64,000 bases of DNA from Patescibacteria group bacterium (GTDB lineage: Bacteria; Patescibacteriota; Patescibacteriia; Magasanikbacterales; GWA2-37-8): contig JAQWDH010000001.1 of the NCBI GenBank assembly GCA_028705565.1, forward strand, positions 20,363 to 84,362. Reading direction: 5' to 3'. Both the position numbers and the translations under genes were made by a program. The first letter of the stretch is position 1; every line of letters begins with the position of its first letter. Under the pieces are notes generated by a model. It was not told the DNA's origin, made no database searches, and saw nothing but the letters and a program-made list of their open reading frames with translations. Positions 48,550 to 59,106 of the stretch are shown one piece after another.

Positions 48550-48694
48550 CCGTGCCTCACTGCGTTTGACGCGGAATGACCAATATAATTTTCAATTACC
48601 AATTTTCAATTTAAGAGTCCGACCGAGTCGGACACAATAGTTGATCATTGGAAATTGGAATTTGGAAATTCCGCCCGAGCATAGCGAGGTGCGG
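48550..48694 (+). other. 23S intervening hairpin, helix 63 region
   Basis: CCGTGCCTCACTGCG...GAGCATAGCGAGGTGCGG. Confidence 0.75.
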
Positions 48695-48816
48695 TTGGAT
48701 TACAACAAAAGACCTCAAGCGACTGTTTACCAAAAACACAGCTCCCTGCAAAAGCGTAAGCTGAAGTATAGGGGGTGATGCCTGGCCAGTGTCAGAACGT
48801 TAAAGAGAGAGGTGAG

Positions 48817-48956
48817 CCGTACCTCACTGCGTTTGGTACGGAATGACCAATTTTCAATTACCAATTTTCAATTTAAGAGTCCGGTCGAGCCGGACACAAT
48901 AATTGATCATTGGAAATTGGAATTTGGAAATTCCGCCCGAGCATAGCGAGGTGCGG
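48817..48956 (+). other. 23S intervening hairpin, helix 68 region; near-duplicate of 48550-48694
   Basis: CCGTACCTCACTGCG...GAGCATAGCGAGGTGCGG. Confidence 0.75.
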
Positions 48957-49569
48957 CGTAGCCTTGAACTGAAGCGCTGATGAACGCCGGCGGTAACTAT
49001 AACCGTCCTAAGGTAGCGCAATTCCTTGTCGGGTGAGTTCCGACGCGCATGAATGGTATAACGATTTGAGGACTGTCTCAACGAGGGACTCAGTGAAATT
49101 GCAAGGAAGGTGAAGATGCCTTCTACCCGCAACTAGACGAAAAGACCCCGTGAAGCTTTACTACAACTTGGCATTGGTATAAGGTTAAATATGTTCAGAG
49201 TAGGTGGAATCCCGACTTAGTCGGGAGACAATGAGACACCACCCTTACTTAATTTTATGCCTAATCTTCCGACTTGAATCAGCCGGAGGAGACAGTGTCT
49301 GGTGGGTAGTTTAACTGGGGCGGTTGCCTCCTAAAATGTAACGGAGGCGTTTACAAAGGTCAGCTTAGCTCGGATGGAAATCGAGCTGGACGTGCAAACG
49401 CAAAAGCTGGCTTTACTGCAAGGGCTACAACCCGAGCAGTCGCGAAAGCGGAAGTTAGTGAACCGACCATCCTATATAGGAAGGTGGAAGATCAACGGAT
49501 AAAAGCTACTCCGGGGATAACAGGCTGATCTAGCCCGATAGTCCACATAGACGGCTAGGTTTGGCACCT

Positions 49570-50420
49570 TAATACATCGGGGTGCTGCAGTAGTGATACT
49601 GCACCAAAAATTCGGCTTATAACGGTGAACCCGTCATTAAATGTATGGTATAATTAAAATAATAATCCATTTAATCGGCAACACCGTGGGAAGTCTTAAT
49701 CAAACACAAAAATCAATACTTATCGGAAGTCTCTTGGGAGATGGAAATTTGAGATTGGCAGAAGGAAAAACAAATGCTTTGTTTGAAGTAAATCATTCAA
49801 TCAAACAAAAATTGTATGTTGATTGGAAATATAATCAATTACGCCCATTCATTTTAACGGCTCCGAAAGCGAGAAGTTGTAATGGAAAACGAATTGCTTA
49901 TCGGTTTACGACACGCAGTTTGCCTGTATTTACTTCGCTCTACAGGGAATTCTACAGGGATAGTATAAAAGTAATTCCTTGTAATCTCACATTGACACCA
50001 TTAGCGCTCGCGGTATGGTTTATGGACGATGGCAGTAAAAGCCGTTCATCTATTTATCTAAACACGCAGCAATTCAACATTGAAGAACAAATTCGTTTGC
50101 TTCAATTATTGAAAAAGCAATTTAACTTGTCAGGCGCGCTAAATAAGGACAAGAAGTATTTTCGTATAAGAATAACATCGTCAAGCACAGCGCTATTTAA
50201 AGAAATAGTGCGGCCGTATGTTATAAAAATTTTTAATTATAAACTTGATTAATGACCCCGTAACGACTGACCCGAAAGGGGAGGTTCCGACCTTTTATGT
50301 CGGAACAACACGCCGACGCTTGTTTTACAAAAACCGAGATTATGCCGTTTAAGTCGGCTACGATCCGGAACAAGCAGAAGATATAGTCTACCCCATGAGA
50401 AATCATGGAATAATCGACAG
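49570..50420 (+). mobile_element. Group I intron in 23S at E. coli position 2500
   Basis: Splits GGCACCT|CGATGTCGGC; IGS CATCGGGGTGC pairs with both exons; R (AACGACTG), S (AGAAGATATAGTC), terminal G. Confidence 0.92.
49641..50252 (+). CDS. Intron-encoded LAGLIDADG homing endonuclease (two motifs)
   Basis: LIGSLLGDG and LAVWFMDDG; real start may be GTG at 49686. Confidence 0.9.
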   Translation: MYGIIKIIIHLIGNTVGSLNQTQKSILIGSLLGDGNLRLAEGKTNALFEVNHSIKQKLYVDWKYNQLRPFILTAPKARSCNGKRIAYRFTTRSLPVFTSLYREFYRDSIKVIPCNLTLTPLALAVWFMDDGSKSRSSIYLNTQQFNIEEQIRLLQLLKKQFNLSGALNKDKKYFRIRITSSSTALFKEIVRPYVIKIFNYKLD

Positions 50421-50467
<47 letters not shown>

Positions 50468-50480
50468 TGGCTGTTCGCCA

Positions 50481-50532
<52 letters not shown>

Positions 50533-50904
50533 CTATCTGTTGCGGGCGTTGAACATTGAGAAGACTCACTCCTAGTACGAGAGGACCGGAGCGGACGAAC
50601 CTCTAGTGTACCAGTTGTCCTACCAAGGGCATTGCTGGGTAGCTACGTTCGGCACGGATAAACGCTGAAAGCATCTAAGCGTGAAGCCGTCTTCAAGATT
50701 AATGTTCGTCATAGACTCCTTGTAGACTACAAGGTTGATAGGCGCTATGTGTAAGTTTAGTAATAAACTGAGCAGAGGCGTACTAATAAGTCAAGCATAC
50801 TACGAAAGCGCTAAGCGGTGCTTTTTGCACCCTTTTAAGTCCGCCCTGTCTGCCGACAGGCAGGCTTTGGCGGAAAGCCATTATAAAACAAAATTGAGTA
50901 TGAA

Positions 50905-50961
<57 letters not shown>

Positions 50962-51021
50962 CCCGCCAGAGGCGGGTCCGCCTTTGGCGGAAAGCCATTA
51001 TAAAACAAAATTGAGTATGAA

Positions 51022-51133
<112 letters not shown>

Positions 51134-51228
51134 CTTGTACTCAATTTTTTTGTTGCCAAAATTTTTGTTTGACTTAAACGATAAAAATGTGATAATCTAA
51201 GGGCAGATTTTAGTGATTTTTTAAATTT

Positions 51229-51882
51229 ATGCGCGATAATCTTATTCAAAAAACCGCGGAGTTTGTAAAGAAAAAATTATATAATGAAGCGACTGGCCAC
51301 GATTGGTATCATGTGGAGAGGGTTTGGAAAATGGCAAAAAGATTGCAGATTGAAGAGGGCGGCGATTTGGAATTGATAGAATTAACCGCGTTGTTGCATG
51401 ATCTTGGCGATTACAAACAATATGAATTCAACGAATTCAAAGGTTCTTTGGTTTTGCACGGCATGATGGATGTGATGGGTATAGAACCGAAAAAACAGGA
51501 AAAAATTTTACAAATCGTTTCCGAAGCGCAATACAACGGGGACGAAACAAAAACGCCTAAAACAATTGAAAGCAGAATCATACAAGACGCGGATTGGTTG
51601 GACGCGTTGGGCGCTATCGGTATCGCGCGCACTTTTGCCACTGGCGGACGCATCAAAAGAATGATACACGACCCGAAAAGGAAGCCGCGAAAAAAATTAA
51701 GCAAAGCTGATTATCAAAAACGTAAACAAGAAGGCACGAGTTTTAATTATTTTTTTGAAAAAGTTTTAAAACTTCCAAAAATGTTGAACACCAAAACGGC
51801 GCGCAACATCGCCGGTCAGCGTTCACAATTTTTAAAAAAATTTATAAAAGAATTTTTGGAAGAGTGGGAAGGAAAAAAATAA
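51229..51882 (+). CDS. HD-domain phosphohydrolase (YedJ-like)
   Basis: GHDWYHVERV, ALLHD, QDADWLDALGAIGIARTF. Confidence 0.9.
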   Translation: MRDNLIQKTAEFVKKKLYNEATGHDWYHVERVWKMAKRLQIEEGGDLELIELTALLHDLGDYKQYEFNEFKGSLVLHGMMDVMGIEPKKQEKILQIVSEAQYNGDETKTPKTIESRIIQDADWLDALGAIGIARTFATGGRIKRMIHDPKRKPRKKLSKADYQKRKQEGTSFNYFFEKVLKLPKMLNTKTARNIAGQRSQFLKKFIKEFLEEWEGKK

Positions 51883-51941
51883 TTCATTTTTTTGTATTTT
51901 TATACCTTTCGCAGTTTGTAAGTAGTTAATAATTTTATAAT

Positions 51942-52766
51942 ATGGATTTACGCGAATTTCAAATACAAAATAAATTTCTTATGCTCGCGCTGGACCACCG
52001 CGGCAGTTTTAAAAAATACGTAAATAAAAATAATCCGGAATCCGCGAAATACGAAGATGTTGTTTCAACCAAAGCGGCAATCATCGGCGCGGCGAACGAA
52101 ACTGTGAGCGGAATGTTGCTAGACCCGGATTTCGGAGTTCCAGCCTACAAAAAATCCGGAGCCGACAAACCCTATCTGATTTGTTTGGAAAAAACAGGTT
52201 ATCAGGAAACATCCGGCGAGCGTTTTACGGAATTACAATACACGGCCGAGGAATTAAAAAAACAAGGCGCGTCCGGAGCAAAAATTTTGGTGTATTTCAA
52301 CCCGGCGGCGAAAAATTGCGCGGCGCAAATTGAAACCTCGCGAAAAGCGTTGGAGGATGCCAACAAGAGAAACCTACCTCTTTTTTTGGAAATTGTCACA
52401 TACGGAAATGAAGAATTGAACAAAAGCCGAGGCGAATGGATTTTAAAATCTTTGAAAATGTTTTTGAAGGCCGATGTTTTGCCGAATGTTTGGAAACTTG
52501 AATACCCGGGAGACGCGGAAGGATGTAAAAAAATTACCGAACTTGTCGGCAAAACTCCGTGGATACTTCTCACGCGCGGAGAGCGATATGATGTTTTTAA
52601 AAATCAACTGAAAGACGCTATTTCAAACGGAGCAGGAGGTTTTCTCGCCGGCAGAGCTGTGTGGCAAGAAATCGGGGATTACGATGAGATGGAACAAAAA
52701 CGAAAATTCGCCGATGAAACAGTTAAAAAAAGATTTAAAGAATTGGCCGACATAGCGTTAAAATAA
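51942..52766 (+). CDS. Tagatose-bisphosphate/class I aldolase-like (LacD/DUF2090)
   Basis: LALDHRGS, GAKILVY, WKLEYP, GFLAGRAVW. Confidence 0.8.
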   Translation: MDLREFQIQNKFLMLALDHRGSFKKYVNKNNPESAKYEDVVSTKAAIIGAANETVSGMLLDPDFGVPAYKKSGADKPYLICLEKTGYQETSGERFTELQYTAEELKKQGASGAKILVYFNPAAKNCAAQIETSRKALEDANKRNLPLFLEIVTYGNEELNKSRGEWILKSLKMFLKADVLPNVWKLEYPGDAEGCKKITELVGKTPWILLTRGERYDVFKNQLKDAISNGAGGFLAGRAVWQEIGDYDEMEQKRKFADETVKKRFKELADIALK

Positions 52767-53548
52767 TGAAATTAAAATTTAGTATGAATGTTTTTTCCAA
52801 TTCTCTCAAAGATGCCGGCATAGTAATTTTGGCCGCCGGAAAAGGCACCCGCCTTAACTGCGTGGATATGCCGAAAGTGATGATAAAAGTGGGCGGCAAG
52901 CCGATAATAAGTTATTTTATTGAAACTTGCAAAAAAATCGGATTTAAGAAAGACAGAATATGTTTGGTTATCGGTTTTCAAAAAGAAAAATTGATGGATT
53001 ATTTTGGAGATGAAGTTTCTTACGCGGTTCAAGAAGAACAGCTTGGCACCGCGCATGCCGCTTACACGGGGATCAAAGTTTTACCGAGTTTTGTAAAGCG
53101 TGTCTTGGTTGTAAACGGAGATGACAGCGCTTTTTATCGTCCGGAAACGATTAAAAATTTTTTCGCGAATCACAAAAAAGACGGCAATGTTCTTAGTTTA
53201 TTGACGACAGAGATTGAATCGCCGGTTCAATATGGAAGAATAATCAGGTACCAGGACGGACGAGCGGAAATAATTGAAAAAGAATATCTGACGGAAGAAC
53301 AGAAAAAAATAAAAGAAATCAGCACGGGAACGTTTTGTTTTGACAGAAACTGGTTTGAAGAAATTTTTCCGCGTATGCCGAAAATGAGAAAATTGGGAGA
53401 ATTCGGATTGCCGGCCGCGGTGTCAATGGCGAGAGAGATGAACGCGCCGATAAAATTCGTAAAACTTGAAGACCCGAATGAGTGGTGGGGAGTAAACACG
53501 AAAGAAGAACTAGAAGAAGCGGAAAGAAGAAAAAATAACATAAAATAA
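52766..53548 (+). CDS. Nucleotidyltransferase (GlmU N-terminal-like)
   Basis: ILAAGKGTRL, QEEQLGTAHA, YGRI, GVNT; no acetyltransferase domain. Confidence 0.85.
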   Translation: MKLKFSMNVFSNSLKDAGIVILAAGKGTRLNCVDMPKVMIKVGGKPIISYFIETCKKIGFKKDRICLVIGFQKEKLMDYFGDEVSYAVQEEQLGTAHAAYTGIKVLPSFVKRVLVVNGDDSAFYRPETIKNFFANHKKDGNVLSLLTTEIESPVQYGRIIRYQDGRAEIIEKEYLTEEQKKIKEISTGTFCFDRNWFEEIFPRMPKMRKLGEFGLPAAVSMAREMNAPIKFVKLEDPNEWWGVNTKEELEEAERRKNNIK

Positions 53549-53591
53549 TATCCGCGCAGCAATCGTAAGGCAATATTTTTTTAAAAAATTT

Positions 53592-54647
53592 ATGGTAAAT
53601 TCAAGACAATTTTTAACCGGCTCAGAGGTGTTTGTCCGAGCCGCGATTGATTCGGGCGCAGGTTTTATGTTTGGTTATCCGATTACTCCGGCTTCGGAAA
53701 TTTTGAGCGGTTGGATAAATAGCGGAAAAAAATATCTGCAAACCGAAGATGAAATAGCGGCCGGTTTTGCCCTTTGCGGAGCTGTTTTGGGCGGTGAAAA
53801 AGCGTTCACCGCGACTTCTGGTCCTGGAAATATTTTAATGCAAGACGGTCTTTCTATGGCAGAAGGAATGCGTTTGCCGTTTGTAATGGTGGCGGCTCAG
53901 CGAGGCGGTCCATCTTCGGGAACGGTTATTTATTCCCAACAAGAAGTTATTTTGTCGTGTTTCGGAGGAAACGGCGAAGGTATGCGCTTTGTTTATTCCC
54001 CTTCTAATTTATCCGAACTTTATAAATTTACGCGGAAGGCGTTTAACGACGCTTGGCATTATCGTTTTCCGGCGATAATTTTAACTGACGGTTATTTGCT
54101 TAAAACCAAAGGCGTGATTGATTTCGCAAAAATTGGAGAAATTAAAAATATTTCGCCGCGCGCTTTGGTGCCGAAAGACAGCGTTGTTCATTGGCCGAAT
54201 ATCTATACTTTTGAAGAAGAACTTTATCAGGAAATAAAATTAGCAAAAGATGATTTTGAAAAAGTCGCGGAAGACATAGCCGATTGCGAATCATATCAAA
54301 CAGACAAAGCGGATATTTTATTGGTCGCGCACGGAATTGTCGGCGCCGCGGCAAAAGAAGCGGTTGATGAATTGAGAAAAAAAGGAATCAATGCCGGACT
54401 TTTTCGTCCGATTACTTTAAGGCCTTTGGCGCGAAAAAAATTGGATAAAATCGCCGGACAGGAAAGCGTGAAAAAAATAGTCGTGGTAGAATCAAGTTTG
54501 GGACAGCTCGCGAGAATAATTCGCGACCAAATTGCTCCGGAAATTTGCGCCGAGTTCGCGTATATGCAATATCCCGGTTTGGGTATTGAAACCGAAGCGA
54601 TTGTTGATTTTGTCGCGGGATTGCGAGTCGTGAGCGGGGAAATATAA
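53592..54647 (+). CDS. 2-oxoacid:ferredoxin oxidoreductase alpha subunit
   Basis: GYPITPASE, EDEIAA, TATSGPG, QRGGPS. Confidence 0.9.
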   Translation: MVNSRQFLTGSEVFVRAAIDSGAGFMFGYPITPASEILSGWINSGKKYLQTEDEIAAGFALCGAVLGGEKAFTATSGPGNILMQDGLSMAEGMRLPFVMVAAQRGGPSSGTVIYSQQEVILSCFGGNGEGMRFVYSPSNLSELYKFTRKAFNDAWHYRFPAIILTDGYLLKTKGVIDFAKIGEIKNISPRALVPKDSVVHWPNIYTFEEELYQEIKLAKDDFEKVAEDIADCESYQTDKADILLVAHGIVGAAAKEAVDELRKKGINAGLFRPITLRPLARKKLDKIAGQESVKKIVVVESSLGQLARIIRDQIAPEICAEFAYMQYPGLGIETEAIVDFVAGLRVVSGEI

Positions 54648-54673
54648 ATTATGAACAATGAATTAAATGAGAT

Positions 54674-55357
54674 ATGAATGATAATAATCAAAATTCTCCA
54701 TCAAAATTTTGCGCAGGTTGCGGACATCCGATTGTTCTTTTGGCGTTGGGAAAAACTTTGGAAGAAATGGGTTTATCAAAGCAAGCTGTTTTAGGTTTGG
54801 ATATAGGATGTTCTCTTTTGGCAATAAATTTTTTGCCAATTAACACTTTCCACACTCATCACGGGCGCGTGAGTCCGACAATGGTAGGATTTAAAAAAGC
54901 GAGGCAAGATTCAATTTGTTTGGGATACACAGGCGATGGAGGAGCGTATGCAATCGGTCTGCAAAGTTTATTACATTCCGCGAAAAGAGATGAGCCGATT
55001 ACCGTTTTAGTCGTAAACAATACGGTTTACGCAATGACCGGAGGGCAAACCGCGCCGACAACTTTAAAAGGACAAAAAACAATTACAGACCCGGATGGCT
55101 GTAAGAACGCTCCGATTTTAGGGCCCGAGCTTATGCGGCAAGTGGCAGACCCGAAAGCGTTTTTGGCGCGTACGGCCGTGAATGATATTAAACAAGCGCG
55201 CGAATTTATTAAAAAAGCGATTGAAACGCAACAGGCGGGACATTTTTCTTTGATTGAATTTTTGTCTTTTTGTCCGACGAATTGGCGCACCAAAGGGCAA
55301 GAAACTTTGGAATATTTGGAAAATTTAAAAAAAGTTTTTAAAATCGGTGTCATTTGA
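54674..55357 (+). CDS. 2-oxoacid:ferredoxin oxidoreductase beta subunit
   Basis: FCAGCGH, DIGCS, GDGG...NN..YAMTGGQ TPP motif. Confidence 0.9.
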   Translation: MNDNNQNSPSKFCAGCGHPIVLLALGKTLEEMGLSKQAVLGLDIGCSLLAINFLPINTFHTHHGRVSPTMVGFKKARQDSICLGYTGDGGAYAIGLQSLLHSAKRDEPITVLVVNNTVYAMTGGQTAPTTLKGQKTITDPDGCKNAPILGPELMRQVADPKAFLARTAVNDIKQAREFIKKAIETQQAGHFSLIEFLSFCPTNWRTKGQETLEYLENLKKVFKIGVI

Positions 55358-55358
55358 T

Positions 55359-55847
55359 ATGTTAATCAAAATACTTATTGCCGGAGACGGCGGACAGGGA
55401 GTGCAAACAATTTCAGACATAATTTGCCAGGCCGCGTTTGAGAACGGTTTTTTTGTAAATCATATTCCAAATTACGGATTGGAACAACGCGGTGGAGTTT
55501 CTTTGTCTTACATTACAATCGGTGATAAAGAAATCACATACCCAAAATTTTCAATGCCGGATATTTTGGTTGTATTGTCAAAGCAAGCTGATAACAGAAC
55601 AAAACAATATCAAAAAGAAAGCGTGAAGATGCTGAATATCGAAGATTATAAAAAAGATTTGGAAAAACAATCGGTAAAGCCGCAAAATTATAACATTTTC
55701 TTTTTGGGTTTATTGGCAAAAATTTTGGTTGAGAAAAAAATTTGCGGAGAAGATTGTGTTTTAAAATTATTGGAAAAAAAATTCGGTAAAAAAGAAAATT
55801 GGGAAGAAAAGAAAAATGTATTTGAATTAAGTTTAAATTATGTCTGA
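55359..55847 (+). CDS. 2-oxoacid:ferredoxin oxidoreductase gamma subunit
   Basis: IAGDGGQGV, YGLEQRGG. Confidence 0.88.
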   Translation: MLIKILIAGDGGQGVQTISDIICQAAFENGFFVNHIPNYGLEQRGGVSLSYITIGDKEITYPKFSMPDILVVLSKQADNRTKQYQKESVKMLNIEDYKKDLEKQSVKPQNYNIFFLGLLAKILVEKKICGEDCVLKLLEKKFGKKENWEEKKNVFELSLNYV

Positions 55848-56727
55848 TTTAACAATTTTGACAACGCGCGCGGAAAACGATTACGAGCTTTTGGACAGCG
55901 GAGAAAACGAAAAATTGGAACGATATGGAAAATATGTTTTATCCCGTCCGGACCCGCAGGCGTTATGGCCGAAAATGTTAAAAAAAGAAGCGTGGCAAAA
56001 AGCAGACGCTGTTTTTTCGCATGAAAGCAAAGGCGGTTTTTGGAAATTAAAACTCGGTGTGCCGGAGAAATGGAAAATTGAGTTTGGCGGTTTGAAATTT
56101 TGGATTCGGCCGACTGTTTTTAAACATACGGGTTTATTTCCGGAGCAGGCGAGTAATTGGGACTGGATTTATAAACTAATCCATAGTCAAAAGTCCATAG
56201 TCAGCAGACATATCAACATACTTAATTTATTCGGCTACACAGGCGGAGCCACGCTCGCGGCGGCGAGAGCCGGCGCCGATGTATGTCATGTTGACGGTTC
56301 TAAAACAGCTATCGGTTGGGCGAGAGAAAATGCCGAATTATCAGGGTTGGCAGACAAACCGATTCGTTGGATTTTGGATGACGCCGCGACTTTTGTTCGC
56401 CGAGAAATAAAGCGCGAAAAAAAATATGACGGAATTATTATGGACCCGCCCGCCTTTGGGCACGGACCAAACAAAGAGATGTGGAAAATAGAAGAGAATT
56501 TTTTGAATTTGTTGGAGTTGTGCGAACAAATTTTATCCGATGAGCCGTTGTTTTTTCTTATCAACGGTTATGCTTCCGGATATTCGTCCATCGCGTATGA
56601 AAATAATTTATTGGCGTTGAAAAAGAAATACGGCGGAGAGATTGAAAAAGGGGAATTAACTATCGCGGAATCAAAAGGCGAGCGGCTGTTGCCTTGTGGT
56701 ATTTTCGCTCGGTGGAGTAAATCGTGA
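55840..56727 (+). CDS. SAM-dependent methyltransferase (RlmI/RlmK-like)
   Basis: YELLDSG..EKLER, KHTGLFPEQ, LNLFGYTGG, MDPPAFG. Confidence 0.88.
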   Translation: MSDLTILTTRAENDYELLDSGENEKLERYGKYVLSRPDPQALWPKMLKKEAWQKADAVFSHESKGGFWKLKLGVPEKWKIEFGGLKFWIRPTVFKHTGLFPEQASNWDWIYKLIHSQKSIVSRHINILNLFGYTGGATLAAARAGADVCHVDGSKTAIGWARENAELSGLADKPIRWILDDAATFVRREIKREKKYDGIIMDPPAFGHGPNKEMWKIEENFLNLLELCEQILSDEPLFFLINGYASGYSSIAYENNLLALKKKYGGEIEKGELTIAESKGERLLPCGIFARWSKS

Positions 56728-56791
56728 TTTAGTTTTTGGTTGGCGCGTTACTTTTTAATCTTGGCTTCAAAATAAATGTTTACGCAGCTTA

Positions 56792-57112
56792 TCAGGTGTC
56801 ATGTAATGTATTTTTTGAAATCTTATATTTTACTTTTAGATTTTTTATTCGTTCAATAATTTTATTATAGTGTTCTTTTAGCAAAAGCCCTTGCTTAAAA
56901 GTTGATTCAGCCGTCATTTCCAGTTTTTGCATTAATTTTTCATCAATTGCCACATCTTTTTCTTTTCTGGTTGCAAAAAGCAGAGCCCCAGGAAATGTTT
57001 CAGCAAAAACCGGATCGTTGGTGTTTTCTAACGCTGAAATTATTTCAAATAATCCGTCCACGGAATAAAATTGAGGCGGAATGTATTCGTTTTTGTTTTC
57101 TGAATTTTTCAT
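56792..57112 (-). CDS. Hypothetical protein
   Basis: 106 aa ORF downstream of an attC-like site. Confidence 0.5.
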   Translation of the reverse strand: MKNSENKNEYIPPQFYSVDGLFEIISALENTNDPVFAETFPGALLFATRKEKDVAIDEKLMQKLEMTAESTFKQGLLLKEHYNKIIERIKNLKVKYKISKNTLHDT

Positions 57113-57304
57113 ATTTAGTGAAATAGGGCTGTTTTTTGAGTTGCTCGAGTAAAATTTTTCTATACTTCATATTTATGACGATGCCGTATCATAAATGAAA
57201 TATGGTATCAATAGACTTAACAAGTCATACTAATTTTAGTGAAAATAAGTTCTCCATAATTGAAAAGTAAATTTTGAAAAATAAAGAATATTTTTTGTTA
57301 TTTC

Positions 57305-57430
57305 AGCCAACGTTCGCCATATTCGATGTTTTTGCGACCAACGGGAGCAAAAACATGGGAGAGGAAAATGGCGATTCCATTGAAAAAATTATTTATCGCC
57401 ATTTTCTGAACCGCATATATTGTGTTAGGC
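57305..57430 (-). repeat. attC-like recombination site A
   Basis: Minus strand GCCTAAC-ACAAT-ATATGCGG...CGAATAT-GGCGAAC-GTTGGCT; part of a ~250-bp direct repeat. Confidence 0.65.
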
Positions 57431-57533
57431 GTTGTAAAATTTTTACACTTTTTGTTTTTTTTTCGCTTACAGTTCAATCACGGGGGGCAAGGGGGGCCGA
57501 ATCCGTTCACTCAATATGGCGAAGGGGCAGAGA

Positions 57534-57572
57534 CCTGCCCGCATACCTACGGTATGTAAACCGGTAGGCAGG
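57534..57572. mobile_element. 39-bp palindromic mini-element (copy of 13450-13488)
   Basis: Present in repeat copy A, absent at the homologous point of copy B (~59068). Confidence 0.7.
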
Positions 57573-57618
57573 CAGGGGTAAGTGGGGTATGCTCTATAGC
57601 CATATCAATTATAATATT

Positions 57619-58530
57619 TTAGATGTGCTTTTCTGGTTTGTTTTTATCACTTTTTTGCGTGACACCAATTTTCCACACGCCTTTTTCCAGAAAGGCTTCT
57701 ATTGTCTGGCGCGTAGCTTTATTGATCAAATTAGAGTGTGAAATTTTATTCATTTTTCCATATTCAGCGAGTGTCATAATCTGCGCGCCCTCTAAATACG
57801 CCAGCCGTTTGTGGTAACTATTGGTAAGCGCCTTGCCGACTATTTCTTCCATAATATCCGTCGCGCCTTTGGCATCAAATTCTCTAAACGCTTCATAATA
57901 TTTATTTCTGTCAATAAATTTGATGTTTATCGGCACGAATCCTTCACGTATCAATAAATAATTATTTATTACACGTCCAATTCGGCCGTTACCGTCGCAA
58001 AATGGGTGGGTATATTCAAAAGCCAGATGCAATTTTGCAATCCTCTTGATTATATTTTCATGGCTCGTGGCATTGTATTCGGAAAGCATTTTTTCCAGCC
58101 GACCGACTACTTCTTTGGGGTTAGGAGCGATATGGCTGCCAACGCGCACAAATTCATTATCTTTTCTAAATCTTCCGGCAATATCATCACGGATATTTAA
58201 AATCAACATTTTATGAAGTGACAAAATTATTTCCAGGGTAAGCTCCTGTTCTTTGGCTCTTTGGTCAATATATGTTACTACTCGCGCTAAATTTTTTGCC
58301 TCAAACATTTCTCGTTCAGAGATGTATCGATCCAAATCTATCTGTAAAAGTATTTTTTCGGTTTCTTCCAATGTGAGTGTGCTGTTTTCGATAGCATTAG
58401 AGTTGTATACTTGCTCGGCTACTTCGGCTTCGCTGATTAACTTTAAAAGCGCCTGTTTACCAACAGCCACGGTATAGAAGCGTTCTCTTAATTTGGAGAT
58501 TGTGTTAAAAATATGTAGTATTTTAGGCAT
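57619..58530 (-). CDS. Fic family protein with C-terminal HTH-like region
   Basis: HPFCDGNGRIGR canonical Fic motif; SNAIEN. Confidence 0.92.
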   Translation of the reverse strand: MPKILHIFNTISKLRERFYTVAVGKQALLKLISEAEVAEQVYNSNAIENSTLTLEETEKILLQIDLDRYISEREMFEAKNLARVVTYIDQRAKEQELTLEIILSLHKMLILNIRDDIAGRFRKDNEFVRVGSHIAPNPKEVVGRLEKMLSEYNATSHENIIKRIAKLHLAFEYTHPFCDGNGRIGRVINNYLLIREGFVPINIKFIDRNKYYEAFREFDAKGATDIMEEIVGKALTNSYHKRLAYLEGAQIMTLAEYGKMNKISHSNLINKATRQTIEAFLEKGVWKIGVTQKSDKNKPEKHI

Positions 58531-58848
58531 ATCTATTGTTAATAGTGAATAGTAATTCTACTATACACTATTTTCACTCTTTTGTCAAGATAACCGTGAA
58601 AAACTGTAAGAAATAAGTAATTTTTACGGTTATGGTGTGCTGTATGGCTCTATATCACTCAACCGATATAGTAATGTCAAGTGGTTAAGGCAACAGGTGT
58701 GCATTAGATAGATTTAATTTAGGATAACTCGTCTCGTCCGAGAATACGATGGGGTATTATACTTCCTCCCAATTTACTCAATCACATTCGCCCCCCCCTT
58801 CGTCAATCACCAATCACAAAAAAATAAAAAGTATAAAAATTTTATTTT

Positions 58849-58975
58849 GCATAACGTTCCAGCGTATGCGATGTTTTTGCGACCAACGGGAGCAAAAATA
58901 TGGGAGAAGAAAATGGCGATGCCATTGAAAATAATATTTATCGCTATTTTCTGAACCGCATATACCGTGTTAGGC
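58849..58975 (-). repeat. attC-like recombination site B
   Basis: Minus strand GCCTAAC-ACGGT-ATATGCGG...CGCATAC-GCTGGAAC-GTTATGC. Confidence 0.7.
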
Positions 58976-59106
58976 GTTGTAAAATTTTTACACTTTTTGT
59001 TTTTTTCGTTCGTCGTTCAATTGTGGGGGGGGGCGAATCCGTTCACTCAATATGGCGAAGGGGCAGAGGGGGTAGGGGTGAATGCCACGTAGCCATATCG
59101 CTCACA

